A stretch of 64,000 bases of DNA from an uncultured Alistipes sp. Its GTDB lineage: Bacteria; Bacteroidota; Bacteroidia; Bacteroidales; Rikenellaceae. Within the stretch, counting starts at the first letter, position 1. Every line of letters begins with the position of its first letter. Made by a program: the position numbers and the translations under genes. The stretch is from contig CAAGBL010000095.1 in NCBI GenBank assembly GCA_900768045.1, positions 7,936 through 71,935 of the forward strand. The letters run 5' to 3'. The notes under the pieces were generated by a model. The model was given only the letters and a program-made list of their open reading frames with translations. It had not been told where the DNA came from and ran no database searches. Below are positions 44,515 through 54,843 of the stretch, piece by piece.

Positions 44515-45659
44515 TATTGTAGTCGGTTTATCTGCTTCGACACGGCGAGTGCGAAGTGCGTGAATACTATGCGTGGTGCGCCATTCTGCATTATCTGCAT
44601 CATCGCTCGCTCAATCTCCTCAACCAAAAACTCGATATTTTGGTTGCCGATGTATGGCGCAAACTTGCGGCAGAAGTCTGCCTCCTCGCCCCATAGGTAG
44701 CTTATCGAGCCGAGGCCTGCGTGTATCATGTAGCTCTCACGTAGTAGGCGCACACTATGCAGGAAGAACTGGCGCTGACTCTCACGTGTAAGTGCCGAGA
44801 GGTCGTCTGCCCACTCAAAAAGCTCGAGGTGGCGGTCGTTATAGCTTAGGCGCATAAGGCGTGTGAAGAGCTCGAAACACTGGTGGCGGCTCTCGTCGCT
44901 ACTACCCTCGAGTAGTGCCTTAAGCTCGAGGAGCGATCCACCCGCAAGGCGTGACATATTGTGTGCCTCCATCTCCGACTTACCCTCGGCCAATGCCACA
45001 CGCTCGAGCACCTGAGGCTCGATGCGAGGTACGCATACCTCCTGTGTTCGTGATGTTATAGTGGCGAGAAGCTGCTCGGGGTGCTCAGACACGAGGATAA
45101 AGAGAGTCTTCTCCCAGGGCTCCTCGAGGATTTTAAGTATCTTGTTGGCGGCCTCCTGGTTCATCGCCTCAGGGAGCCATATTATCATCGCCTTATACTC
45201 CGATGAGAAGCTCTTAAACTGTAGCTTTTTAATAATCTCCTCCGACTCTTTGGCTGTTATGAGTCCCTTCATCGTCTTTCCGAGGTCGAGGCGTGAGTAC
45301 CACTCCTCAGCGGTAAAAACGCCACTCCTTTCGCTCCATATCTCGCGCCACTTGTCGAGGAACATATCGCTAATTACCACCTCGCCCGACTTCTTCTCAC
45401 GCTTGTTTACGGGGAACACAAAGTGTAGGTCGGGGTGTGCCAATGCCGAGAGCTGCTGGCACGACGGACATATGCCACACGAGTCGCCATCGTGGCGGTT
45501 GGGGCAGAACAAATACTGCACGTATGCCAATGCAAGGGGGAGTGTGCCATAGCCCGCCAAGCCCGTGAAGAGCTGTGCATGACTTACACGCTCGGCATCA
45601 ATCTGATGCGCAAGACGACGCTTAAGCTCGTCGTGTCCTATTATATCCGAAAACCTCAT
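44514..45659 (-). CDS. holB: DNA polymerase III delta' subunit
   Basis: HAQLF.G, CG.CPSC, HPDLH, AANKILKILEEP, TITSRTQ. Confidence 0.9.
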   Translation of the reverse strand: MRFSDIIGHDELKRRLAHQIDAERVSHAQLFTGLAGYGTLPLALAYVQYLFCPNRHDGDSCGICPSCQQLSALAHPDLHFVFPVNKREKKSGEVVISDMFLDKWREIWSERSGVFTAEEWYSRLDLGKTMKGLITAKESEEIIKKLQFKSFSSEYKAMIIWLPEAMNQEAANKILKILEEPWEKTLFILVSEHPEQLLATITSRTQEVCVPRIEPQVLERVALAEGKSEMEAHNMSRLAGGSLLELKALLEGSSDESRHQCFELFTRLMRLSYNDRHLELFEWADDLSALTRESQRQFFLHSVRLLRESYMIHAGLGSISYLWGEEADFCRKFAPYIGNQNIEFLVEEIERAMMQIMQNGAPRIVFTHFALAVSKQINRLQ

Positions 45660-47137
45660 CGCTTAAATCTTCCTATTGCGGCCTTAACAAGACCTTTAAC
45701 ATCAATCTTCTCACGCCATGTGGCATAGATGAGCATAGCTCCAAAGAGCATAACGTTCAGACCAAGCCATAGCGCATGGCTTAGGTGTGGTGCTGCGATC
45801 TCCGAGAGGGCGTAAATCACAGCTGTAAGTGCAACATACTCGCCAATGCGCTTAAGATCGTAGGGCATGGGGTAGTATTTGCGACATAGCGTATAGCTCC
45901 ACGCTACCATTGCTGCCTCGGCCGCAAGGCGCACCCATGCAGCGCCCCTGAAGCCCATCTTAGGCACAAGCACAAAGCTAAGGCCGAGCGTTACGGCAAG
46001 GCCCAAGAAGGTGATGTATGCTGCAAACTTGGTCTTCTCCTCACGCTTATACCAGAACGAGAGGTTGAGCCATACGCCACCCAGCACGTTCGAGGCGAGT
46101 ACCACGGGGAGTATGTCGATGCCCTCTCTAAAGCGTGAGCCTACGATAAGGGCAAACATGTCACGGAAGAGCACGATGCCCAAGAATATGAGCATCGAGG
46201 CCAATATGAAGTACTTCATCGCCGCAGCATTTGCCTCTTTGAACTCCTCCTTCTTAAATCCCGAGAGGAAAAAGGGCTCGGCAGCAAGGCGATACATCTG
46301 CGTAAAGAGCGTCATCACCACGGCAATCTTAACTATCGCACCATAAACGCCCAACTCGGCCATCGCCTCGGCCTCGCTACCTGGCGTGAGGTACTTAATC
46401 ATCTGTCGGTCGATAAACTCATTGGCGGTGCCTGCAATGCCGCTGATAAGGAGTGGCAGCGAGTAGACAAATATCTTGCGTAGTAACGTCCAGTCGATGC
46501 GTGGTGCTATTCTGTCGGTTGAGGGGAGTATGGCGATGAGCGTTACGAGGCTGGCAATGAAGTTTGCCACAAGCACCCAGCCCACGCCAAACGATGTGGA
46601 GTAGAGGCCTACAGCGCCAAATGCTATGGCGAGTGTTACGTTTAGCAGCACGCTCAGCGCCTTGAGCATGACAAAGCGCATGGCACGCCCCTCCTCACGA
46701 AGTCGAGCAAAGGGAATAATAGCCCAGATGTCGAGCATGACGATTGCCGCTACTATTGTCACATACTCGGGGTGTGCAACGTATGCCTCGCCCATGACAC
46801 GAGATATCGGCATGTTGAGTGCCCAGATAACGACGAAGAAGAGTGTTGCTGCAAGCGATGTTATGCCCCATGTTGTGGCAAATACCTTGCGCTTGGCACT
46901 GCGAATGTCGCCACCCTCCTCCTCGGCACGTGTTGTGAAGCGGAAGTAGCTCGACTCCATGCCCATTGATAGGAGCACAAGGGCAAAGGGAATAAGGGCA
47001 TAGATGTCGGTCACTATGCCATACTCGCCCTGGTCGAATATGCGGGTGTAGTAGGGTGTCAGCAGGTAGTTCAAAAAGCGAACTATAATAGTGCTGATGC
47101 CATATATTGCGGTCTGTTTAGCTAACTTTTCTAACAT
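45656..47137 (-). CDS. Polysaccharide flippase (Wzx/MATE-like)
   Basis: LAKQTAIYGISTII.R; about 12-14 TM helices. Confidence 0.85.
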   Translation of the reverse strand: MLEKLAKQTAIYGISTIIVRFLNYLLTPYYTRIFDQGEYGIVTDIYALIPFALVLLSMGMESSYFRFTTRAEEEGGDIRSAKRKVFATTWGITSLAATLFFVVIWALNMPISRVMGEAYVAHPEYVTIVAAIVMLDIWAIIPFARLREEGRAMRFVMLKALSVLLNVTLAIAFGAVGLYSTSFGVGWVLVANFIASLVTLIAILPSTDRIAPRIDWTLLRKIFVYSLPLLISGIAGTANEFIDRQMIKYLTPGSEAEAMAELGVYGAIVKIAVVMTLFTQMYRLAAEPFFLSGFKKEEFKEANAAAMKYFILASMLIFLGIVLFRDMFALIVGSRFREGIDILPVVLASNVLGGVWLNLSFWYKREEKTKFAAYITFLGLAVTLGLSFVLVPKMGFRGAAWVRLAAEAAMVAWSYTLCRKYYPMPYDLKRIGEYVALTAVIYALSEIAAPHLSHALWLGLNVMLFGAMLIYATWREKIDVKGLVKAAIGRFKR

Positions 47138-47285
47138 TATCCTTGCTGCGCACCTCGTTTATATATGCGCATATCGCGACAAAGTTAGTATAAAATATAC
47201 TAATCCCCAAATAAAATGGCGTATTATTGGCTATTTTGTAGTTACTGCTACCCTTGTTATTAGCTTTGGACGAGTAGTGCTCTCT

Positions 47286-47362
47286 ATTTTGGATTATGAG
47301 TAGCCTAGACAAATTTATTTGCTGAGGCTACTCATAATCCAAAATGCCATCTTTAGATGGCA
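47286..47362. repeat. Perfect 21-bp inverted repeat plus 8-bp hairpin
   Basis: ATTTTGGATTATGAGTAGCCT (47286) / AGGCTACTCATAATCCAAAAT (47325); TGCCATCT-TT-AGATGGCA. Confidence 0.85.
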
Positions 47363-47473
47363 CCTAAAACTAATAATACCGTCAATAATTTGTAGAATAA
47401 AAAGAAGAATATATTTTGATATAACAAAGTTTAATATTATCTTTGTAATACTCAAATCTTAAATATTAACATT

Positions 47474-48502
47474 ATGTTTATTAACAAATTTTATAGTAGT
47501 TTAAGACATGATGCAAAGATGTCATTTTGGCCCTCGTTTACGAATGTTATTTTAGTGGTTTTTACTTTTTGGATGGGTTTAGCTGTTCAGGATATGATTG
47601 CTGGAAAGACAGCTAAATACAACGCGCAGAAAGTAAAAATCGATCACGTGTTACCAATGTACCGAGAATTATCAAATAGTGAACTTATAACTCGGTTTTT
47701 TAATTTAGAAGAAGTGAAAATCCTTTGGAGTAAAAAAAACATGTCGGACCAGGAGTCGAAATTAGCTATCAATAAGTTGATTGAATATATAAATTCTAAT
47801 TTGTTGTATTCAGAGGGGGTTAAGAAAGATATTGAGAAATCTGTAGAAATAATGTCTGTATTCAGATATTATGCAAGTAGTGATGACTTTGACAAAGTAA
47901 CGGATAATAATACAGTTCTATTATTTTGCTTGAGATTAATTGATAAGTTGGAGCAAAATCCCAATTTGTCAGATGCTCAATTAATGCAATTTACGGATGC
48001 GTATTTACATTCGGCTGAGTGTAGAAACTATGCTCATTTTGCATATGGAGATTCAACAGAATTAGGAAAAAAATTAGTAGAGATTGTGAAAGAAAGTGGA
48101 GCAACTCTTACAATATTGTCCTGTTGGGGTGCTATATTGAAATGTTATATGGAAAATTTCGAAATTATATCTCAATATATATCTCCAGAAAAAGATTCCT
48201 TTTGGGGAAGGCCAGTGGGGGTACTATGTATAGGAATATTAATATTGGTGGTTGTGGCGTATATTACAATGGCGATTATACATAAAAATTCTGGTGTCGT
48301 ATCGATTTTAGACTACAAGGAGAAGCAGCGTGCAGTTATAGAATCAGAAACAACAATATTAGTCTTGAAAAAACGTATTGAAGAATTAGAAAAAATGAAA
48401 AATAAAATGCAAGATACCATTGATATTAATGCCACAAAATTAGAAGAACTGCAATCTGAAAACACTATATTGCGAGAACGTATAAGTACACAAGAATTGT
48501 AA
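47474..48502 (+). CDS. AT-rich orphan membrane protein (2 TM, C-terminal coiled coil)
   Basis: 342 aa; opposite strand to its neighbours; visibly lower GC. Confidence 0.75.
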   Translation: MFINKFYSSLRHDAKMSFWPSFTNVILVVFTFWMGLAVQDMIAGKTAKYNAQKVKIDHVLPMYRELSNSELITRFFNLEEVKILWSKKNMSDQESKLAINKLIEYINSNLLYSEGVKKDIEKSVEIMSVFRYYASSDDFDKVTDNNTVLLFCLRLIDKLEQNPNLSDAQLMQFTDAYLHSAECRNYAHFAYGDSTELGKKLVEIVKESGATLTILSCWGAILKCYMENFEIISQYISPEKDSFWGRPVGVLCIGILILVVVAYITMAIIHKNSGVVSILDYKEKQRAVIESETTILVLKKRIEELEKMKNKMQDTIDINATKLEELQSENTILRERISTQEL

Positions 48503-48540
48503 TGTATTCTCAATAATTTTATTAGTACTTATAATGAGAT

Positions 48541-48581
48541 TGGTAATGATGCAAAAAGTAACGCTTTTTGCATCATTACCA
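48541..48581. terminator. Perfect 18-bp hairpin between convergent genes
   Basis: TGGTAATGATGCAAAAAG-TAACG-CTTTTTGCATCATTACCA. Confidence 0.7.
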
Positions 48582-48666
48582 TTAGATTTCTAAGGCAGGA
48601 ATATATTGCCATCATGCCAATTTATCAAGGTGCGACTCCTTTGATAACTTATGTCCGAGATTCTCG

Positions 48667-49860
48667 CTACAACCTATCTAACGAGCGCTCGATGATGGCG
48701 CAACACTCCTCGATTTCTGCCTCCGAGATGGTGAGCGGTGGAGAGATGCGGAAGGCGGTGTCGCAATACAGAAACCAGTCGCTCATAATGCCCACCTCTT
48801 TGAATATCTCCATGAGCTTATAGAGGTACTCTGACTTGCCTAACTCCACAGCGAGCAAAAGTCCTGAACGACGAATTTCTAAAACTTTGCTGTGCTTGGC
48901 TACTCGCTCCTCAAACATAGCACCCTTGCGCTCTACATGCTCAATGATGTTGTTGTTAATCATATAGTTAAGTGCGGCAAGTCCTGCGGCACAACATACG
49001 GGGTGGCCACCAAATGTGGTAATATGTCCAAGGCATGGGTTGAGCGTAAAATCGTCTAAGATTTGCTTTTTTGACGCTACGCCGCCGAGGGGCATTCCGC
49101 CACCAAAGGCCTTGGCCAAGCAGACGATGTCGGGCTCGATGCCATACTTCGATGATGCGAACATTGCGCCCGTGCGTCCCATGCCCGTCTGTATCTCGTC
49201 AAAAATGAGCATGGCGCCAGTGTCGGTACACTTTTTACGCAGCGCCTTGAGCCATTCTGGGTTGGGAAGGCGTACGCCCGCCTCGCCCTGCACTACCTCG
49301 CAGAGCACGCCCGCTGTGCGCTCGGTGATTTGCTCTAAATCCTCGAACGAGTTGAAATTAACAGATTTAACATCGGGGAGTAGTGGTCGAAACTCAGCCT
49401 TCCACTCCTCGCCCTCGGGGGCTCCCATCATCGACATAGCACCATGTGTCGAGCCATGATATGCACGGCGCATAGATATCAGCTCGGTGCGTCCTGTGTG
49501 GCGCTTTGCGAGCTTTAGAGCCACCTCTACAGCCTCAGCACCCGAGTTCACGAAGTAGATGCAGTCGAGCTCGCCTGGCAGCAACTCAGCAATGCGTCGA
49601 GCATACTCCACCTGTGGTCGCTCAACCATCTCGCCATATACCATAACGTGCATATAGTCAGCTGCTTGCTTCTGCACAGCCTCGACAACCGCCTTGTTGC
49701 CGTGTCCTACGTTGCTTACCGACACGCCCGCCACAAGGTCGAAATAGCGCTTGCCCTCGGGGGTGTAGAAGAATGAGCCCTCGGCACGTGCAACCTCCAC
49801 CATCATAGGTGCTGGCGAGGTCTGACCAACATGTTTCAAAAACTCCTTTCTAAGTATCAT
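48667..49860 (-). CDS. Class III PLP aminotransferase (ArgD-like)
   Basis: NSGAEA, AYHGST, FDEIQTGMGRTG, AKAFGGG, TTFGGHP. Confidence 0.9.
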   Translation of the reverse strand: MILRKEFLKHVGQTSPAPMMVEVARAEGSFFYTPEGKRYFDLVAGVSVSNVGHGNKAVVEAVQKQAADYMHVMVYGEMVERPQVEYARRIAELLPGELDCIYFVNSGAEAVEVALKLAKRHTGRTELISMRRAYHGSTHGAMSMMGAPEGEEWKAEFRPLLPDVKSVNFNSFEDLEQITERTAGVLCEVVQGEAGVRLPNPEWLKALRKKCTDTGAMLIFDEIQTGMGRTGAMFASSKYGIEPDIVCLAKAFGGGMPLGGVASKKQILDDFTLNPCLGHITTFGGHPVCCAAGLAALNYMINNNIIEHVERKGAMFEERVAKHSKVLEIRRSGLLLAVELGKSEYLYKLMEIFKEVGIMSDWFLYCDTAFRISPPLTISEAEIEECCAIIERSLDRL

Positions 49861-49874
49861 ATTTTGATGGCTAT

Positions 49875-50594
49875 CTATTTAACTTTCAGTGTTCCGTCCT
49901 CCTCGGCACGGCGCAAGATTCTTTCATAATCTCTTACCGACGACATTGTCCAGCGAGTGAGGAGCTTTAGCTTCTGCTCCTCGGTAAGCTGCCAGCCGTC
50001 AACGGTTTGGCGTATGCGCTCAGAGAGCATATAGATAAGTATGGCCGCCGATGCCGAGACGTTGAGGCTCTCGACCATGCCACACATGGGTATCATCAGG
50101 AAGTCGTCGGCAGCAGCGATAACCTCGTCCGAGATGCCGGCATGCTCTGTGCCAAAGACAAGAGCAAACTTACCCTTCGTCACATCGAATGTCTCAGGCG
50201 TTGCGCTACAGCGGTGGGGCGTGGTAGCCACAATGCGGTAGCCCTCAGCCTTGAGTGTAGTCAAAGCCTCTGCCGTGGTGTCGTGGTGCTCGACATCTAC
50301 CCATTTTTGGGTGCCTCGCACGATATTTACCGAGGGATCGAACTTACAACGATCCTCAACGGTGTGTATCTGCTGAATGCCGAAGGCCTCGCAGTGGCGC
50401 ATGATGGCACTGGCATTCTGCGGGTGGAACATATTCTCGGTAAGTATGCGCATATAGTGCGTACGGCTATCCACCGTGCGCTGCAACACCTCTCTGCGCT
50501 CGTCAGTGATAAACTTGGTTAGGTAGTCGAGCCTCTCACGTAGCCACTCCTCCGAGCGGAGCTCCGTGCGTAGCCTACTTGCGATATTTGTCAT
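49875..50594 (-). CDS. trmH: tRNA (guanosine-2'-O)-methyltransferase, SpoU family
   Basis: QNASAIMR, FGTEHAGIS, IPMCGMVESLNVSASAA. Confidence 0.85.
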   Translation of the reverse strand: MTNIASRLRTELRSEEWLRERLDYLTKFITDERREVLQRTVDSRTHYMRILTENMFHPQNASAIMRHCEAFGIQQIHTVEDRCKFDPSVNIVRGTQKWVDVEHHDTTAEALTTLKAEGYRIVATTPHRCSATPETFDVTKGKFALVFGTEHAGISDEVIAAADDFLMIPMCGMVESLNVSASAAILIYMLSERIRQTVDGWQLTEEQKLKLLTRWTMSSVRDYERILRRAEEDGTLKVK

Positions 50595-51501
50595 CTTCGT
50601 CTAATATTTTCAGGTAACTTTCGTAGCGTGACCATGCAACAATGCCCTGCTTCACACCCTCCTGCACGGCGCAGCCTGGCTCGTGGGTGTGTGTGCAGTT
50701 GTAAAAGCGGCAGTCGGGGGCAAGGCGCATCATCTCGGGGAAGTAGCGGCATAGCTCCTTGGAGTCGATGTCGATAAGTCCGAAGCCCTTGATGCCTGGA
50801 GTATCAATGATATAGCCATCGTCGATGCGATACATCGTCGAGAAGGTTGTTGTGTGCTTTCCCTTGTGGTGGCTCTCCGAAATCTCGCCCGTGCGGATGT
50901 CGAGCGCAGGATCGATAGTGCTTACAAGTGTTGACTTACCCACACCCGAGTTGCCAGCAATAAGCGTTGTGTGCCCCTTCAAGAGCTCACGTATCTCGTC
51001 GATGCCCTCGCCCGTGGTCGACGATAGGCGTACTATGTCGTAGCCAGCATCACGGTATATCGCTGTGAACTCCTCGGCCTCGGCCTCATGCTCGCCTACG
51101 AGGGTGTCGGCCTTGCCCAAGACTATTGTCACGGGCACGTTGTAGGCCTCGCACGTAACCAAGAAGCGGTCGACAAACTCAACGGGTGTTGAGGGTGAGT
51201 GGAGCGTTACGATGAGCAGTGCTCGGTCGATGTTTGCACCTATGATGTGCGACTCCTTCGAGAGGTTTGAGGCACGACGAATGATATAGTTGCGGCGTGG
51301 CAAAATCTCGACAATAGCCGAACTCTCGTCGTCGGGCTCAACCACCACTCTGTCGCCCACAACTACGGGGTTTGTCGAGCGTATGCCCTTGAGCCTTAGG
51401 CGGCCACGTATTCTACAGTCGATATCTCCATTTTCGGTAGACACACGATACCAGCTACCCGTAGAGCTGATTACCACACCTTCAATGCGCTGTTGTTCCA
51501 T
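50575..51501 (-). CDS. rsgA: Ribosome small subunit-dependent GTPase A
   Basis: GNSGVGKST, GKHTTT, DTPG, C.F.NC.H..EPGC. Confidence 0.95.
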   Translation of the reverse strand: MEQQRIEGVVISSTGSWYRVSTENGDIDCRIRGRLRLKGIRSTNPVVVGDRVVVEPDDESSAIVEILPRRNYIIRRASNLSKESHIIGANIDRALLIVTLHSPSTPVEFVDRFLVTCEAYNVPVTIVLGKADTLVGEHEAEAEEFTAIYRDAGYDIVRLSSTTGEGIDEIRELLKGHTTLIAGNSGVGKSTLVSTIDPALDIRTGEISESHHKGKHTTTFSTMYRIDDGYIIDTPGIKGFGLIDIDSKELCRYFPEMMRLAPDCRFYNCTHTHEPGCAVQEGVKQGIVAWSRYESYLKILDEDDKYRK

Positions 51502-51512
51502 GCTCCGTAGGG

Positions 51513-52160
51513 TTAGTTGTTAAAGAATATCTCTCTATCTATTGTCTGCTCTGCCTCTTGGCGAATCACGCTGTCAATCTGCTTGATTGAGGGTATTGCC
51601 TTAGCGCCAAACTTTGCAAGCGGGAAGAAGGTCTTGGAGTTTTCGAGAGTCTCGTAGCTGATGTACTTATGCTCGAAATATTGGCGCATTTCGCCGTCGA
51701 TGTCTGTCTGGCTTAGCGACAAAATCTTCTCTCTAATATCCCCCTCTTGGTTATTCTCAATCATCTCCATAAGCTTATCCTGCTTGACATTGGGGCTGAG
51801 GTTTATGCGGTCAAATATCGAGAATAGAGCAGCAATCACAATAACCGATGTTACGATGTTTAGCGCACCACCCAACACTGAGTCAACACCTCTTAGGGGC
51901 TTCCAGATGATTACGGCCTTAACAATAGGGGCGATAATCCATATTAAGATGAGCGATGCCGCAACAATCAGAATAAAGCCAGCAAGGTATGCCTTGCCAC
52001 TGTCGTCCATAACAAGCATGCCCACCTCAGTCGCAAAGCGTGGTGCAACGAGCATTGCCATATAGAGGCCAACGAGGTGGAAGAATTGGATTACAAGGCC
52101 ACGCTTAAGGCCTAAGATAAAGGCCCAGACAATACATATTATTACTACAATATCAATCAT
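51513..52160 (-). CDS. CvpA family membrane protein (start MIDIVVII)
   Basis: D....I....FI.G..RGL and D..LGG motifs. Confidence 0.8.
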   Translation of the reverse strand: MIDIVVIICIVWAFILGLKRGLVIQFFHLVGLYMAMLVAPRFATEVGMLVMDDSGKAYLAGFILIVAASLILIWIIAPIVKAVIIWKPLRGVDSVLGGALNIVTSVIVIAALFSIFDRINLSPNVKQDKLMEMIENNQEGDIREKILSLSQTDIDGEMRQYFEHKYISYETLENSKTFFPLAKFGAKAIPSIKQIDSVIRQEAEQTIDREIFFNN

Positions 52161-52255
52161 ATTCTGTCGTTTTTGCCTGCACAAAGTGCAGATATTTCGG
52201 ACGAAGTTAGCAATTTTTTTTCTTTATTCGTATATTTGCAAATAATTTCCATGCT

Positions 52256-54262
52256 ATGAAACGCTTTCTAACGATAATCCTACTCCTTATAACAACCCTT
52301 ACAAGTGGCGCAGAATCGCCTTTGCGAACAACAATGTCGCTTGACCACGACTGGCAGTTCTACTTTGCAAATGAGGGCATAGCCTCAGCCGAGTATGTCA
52401 CCTTGCCACACACTTGGAGCGACCATGAGTGCCACTACGCTACGGCTCATTACCTCCGCAACTTCACAATGCCCGCAACCATGCGTGGCAAGCGCCTCTT
52501 CTTGCGCTTTGGTGGCGTGCAGAGCGTTGCTGAGGTCTTCATAAATGGCCGATATGTGGGCGAGCATCGTGGCGCCTACACAGCATTTACGCTTGAGATT
52601 ACCGACAAGGTGCGCTATGGCGAGAGTAATACGCTTATGGTTGTGGTGTCGAACAACACTCGCTCCGACGTGCTTCCAATAAGCACCGACCAGAATCTGT
52701 ATGGAGGCATCTATCGCAATGTTGAGCTTATTGCCACCAACAAAAATATCATCTCACCAACGGTATATGGCACTGATGGCCTCTTTGTCGAGCAACACGA
52801 GGTTAGCGAGGAGCGTGCCTCGGGTGTTGTGAGTGTGCATCTCTCGGCTAAGGAGGAGGGTGCTCACATGGTAAACATGCGCATTATTGCCCCCGATGGT
52901 TATGAGGTGTGTCGCCACTCGTTAAAGAGCGGCAAGGCCGATAAGCCACTTGCTGTTGAGCTGCCTTTTACGATTGAGTACCCCGACCTATGGAGCCCCA
53001 CAGAACCTACGCTCTACCGTGTAGAGGCGAGTATCGGAAATATCGACAACCCTGTGGATAAGATTGTTGTAAATGTAGGCTTCCGCAAGGTTTCGGTTGA
53101 CGAGAATAATCATCTCTGTCTAAATGGCAAGGTTCAAAATGTACGAGGAGTAAACCTTGCACACGACCGCTATGGCGTAGGTGTTGCGCTACGTAGCGAG
53201 CATATCGACGCCGACCTTGATATGATTAAGGATATGGGTGCTAATGCCTTGCGCTCGCTCTCAGGCCCACATGATAGCTATCTCTACGATAGGTGTGATA
53301 GAGAGGGTGTTATGGTGTGGGTGGATATGCCATTGACCTGCTCTTCGGAAAACTTCAACGACATATACTACTATCCGACCGCTGCCTTTAAGGAAAATGC
53401 CTTAGAGCAACTTATGGAGATTGTCTACCAAAACTACAACCACCCTTCGGTAGTTATGTGGGGCCTTTACTCGTTGGTCTCAGGCCGTGGCGACGATGTT
53501 ATTCCATTTGTTCGAGAGCTCAATAGCTTGGTGCATAAGATTGACTCATCACGCCTAAGCGTTGCATGTAGCAATCGTGATGGAGAACTTAACTTTATTA
53601 CAGACCTTATCGTATTGCGCCAAAATGTCGGTTGGACAAAGGGCTCGTACGACGATGTTACGGTGTGGTGTGAGCAGCTTAGCCAAAATAAGAAGTTTAG
53701 CCAGTTGCGCTATGGCGTCTGCTATGGCGAGGAGGGTATTGCGGAGCATACTGTAGACGAGGTACGTCGCACGGAGCATGGCGCTAAGTATCTTCCCGAG
53801 CGCAATCAGACAATAATGCACGAAAGATACTCGGCGCTAATTGGCCAAAATCCTATATTCTGGGGTGTGTGGCTCGATAATATGTTCGACCATGCCTCTC
53901 ACTATTGCAACAATCGTATGCGTGAATCGGGTGTTGTTGCCTACGACCACCAATCACGCAAAGATGCCTACTACCTATATCGTACGCTATGGAATGCGAC
54001 AGAGCCTACGCTCTATATTGCAGAGCGTAAGTGGCAGCGACGCTCTGATAAGGTGCACTCTATCAAGGTGTATAGCTCTGTTGGTTGCCCAACGCTTATT
54101 GTCAATGGTGATAGTGTAGCAATGCATGAGTCGTCGCCAAGTGTGTGGCGTGCCGACTCTGTTTTGCTTGATGATGCTACGCTTCTAAGAGTGGTTGATG
54201 CCTCGGGCAAGCACCGTGATAGCGTAAGGCTTATAGTTGACAAGCTGCGAGTACGCCGTTAG
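52256..54262 (+). CDS. Glycoside hydrolase family 2 protein
   Basis: GEHRGAYTAF, YGGIYRNV, GFR, GVN, NHPSVVMWG; catalytic NE motif appears degenerate. Confidence 0.85.
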   Translation: MKRFLTIILLLITTLTSGAESPLRTTMSLDHDWQFYFANEGIASAEYVTLPHTWSDHECHYATAHYLRNFTMPATMRGKRLFLRFGGVQSVAEVFINGRYVGEHRGAYTAFTLEITDKVRYGESNTLMVVVSNNTRSDVLPISTDQNLYGGIYRNVELIATNKNIISPTVYGTDGLFVEQHEVSEERASGVVSVHLSAKEEGAHMVNMRIIAPDGYEVCRHSLKSGKADKPLAVELPFTIEYPDLWSPTEPTLYRVEASIGNIDNPVDKIVVNVGFRKVSVDENNHLCLNGKVQNVRGVNLAHDRYGVGVALRSEHIDADLDMIKDMGANALRSLSGPHDSYLYDRCDREGVMVWVDMPLTCSSENFNDIYYYPTAAFKENALEQLMEIVYQNYNHPSVVMWGLYSLVSGRGDDVIPFVRELNSLVHKIDSSRLSVACSNRDGELNFITDLIVLRQNVGWTKGSYDDVTVWCEQLSQNKKFSQLRYGVCYGEEGIAEHTVDEVRRTEHGAKYLPERNQTIMHERYSALIGQNPIFWGVWLDNMFDHASHYCNNRMRESGVVAYDHQSRKDAYYLYRTLWNATEPTLYIAERKWQRRSDKVHSIKVYSSVGCPTLIVNGDSVAMHESSPSVWRADSVLLDDATLLRVVDASGKHRDSVRLIVDKLRVRR

Positions 54263-54833
54263 CTTCAGGCCCCTCGCACATTATAAGGTCGAAAATCGAC
54301 ATGCGTGGCTCAAAAGGGAGTCTATCGCTAAATACCTGAACGTAAGGCTCGGCAACAAATGTCGAGCCTCGTTTTTTGTCACGAAGGTCCGTATCGTGCT
54401 CTGAGGCTACGATGTAACTCTCTGATATTCGTGGGATAGGCATCTTCAAAATTGAGCATACAGCCTCAAGCGTGGCATAGTTTAAATCCACAAGATATTT
54501 CCACTCTCTGTCGTATAGCTTTGCAAAGCGCTCGGCATAGTAGTCGTAGTAGGGCGATGAGCGGTATGCCGACTCCATTGCTACGAGGTGCTGATGCTGC
54601 CAGCGTTTCGAGTAGTCGATTTTCATTGAGCGCATAGGCTGGCGTGGCTTATTGGCGTGAGCGAGTTGCACCGAGAGCTGCATAACACCTCCCGAGGTCA
54701 TTATCTCTGTGCGGTTGCGCTCCGAGCGTTTCACGTAGTTCTCGCCAAGATCGATGACTAAGTCGTCGCCCCCCTTGCGAATAGCTGTCCAGTACTCCGT
54801 AGAGCCAAAATATGCCGATGGAAGAATTATCAT
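54231..54833 (-). CDS. WbqC family protein
   Basis: RNRTEI, AYRSSPYY, Y.QVF...F...SIFDL..EGP. Confidence 0.88.
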   Translation of the reverse strand: MIILPSAYFGSTEYWTAIRKGGDDLVIDLGENYVKRSERNRTEIMTSGGVMQLSVQLAHANKPRQPMRSMKIDYSKRWQHQHLVAMESAYRSSPYYDYYAERFAKLYDREWKYLVDLNYATLEAVCSILKMPIPRISESYIVASEHDTDLRDKKRGSTFVAEPYVQVFSDRLPFEPRMSIFDLIMCEGPEANGVLAACQL

Positions 54834-54843
54834 AATGATAGGT

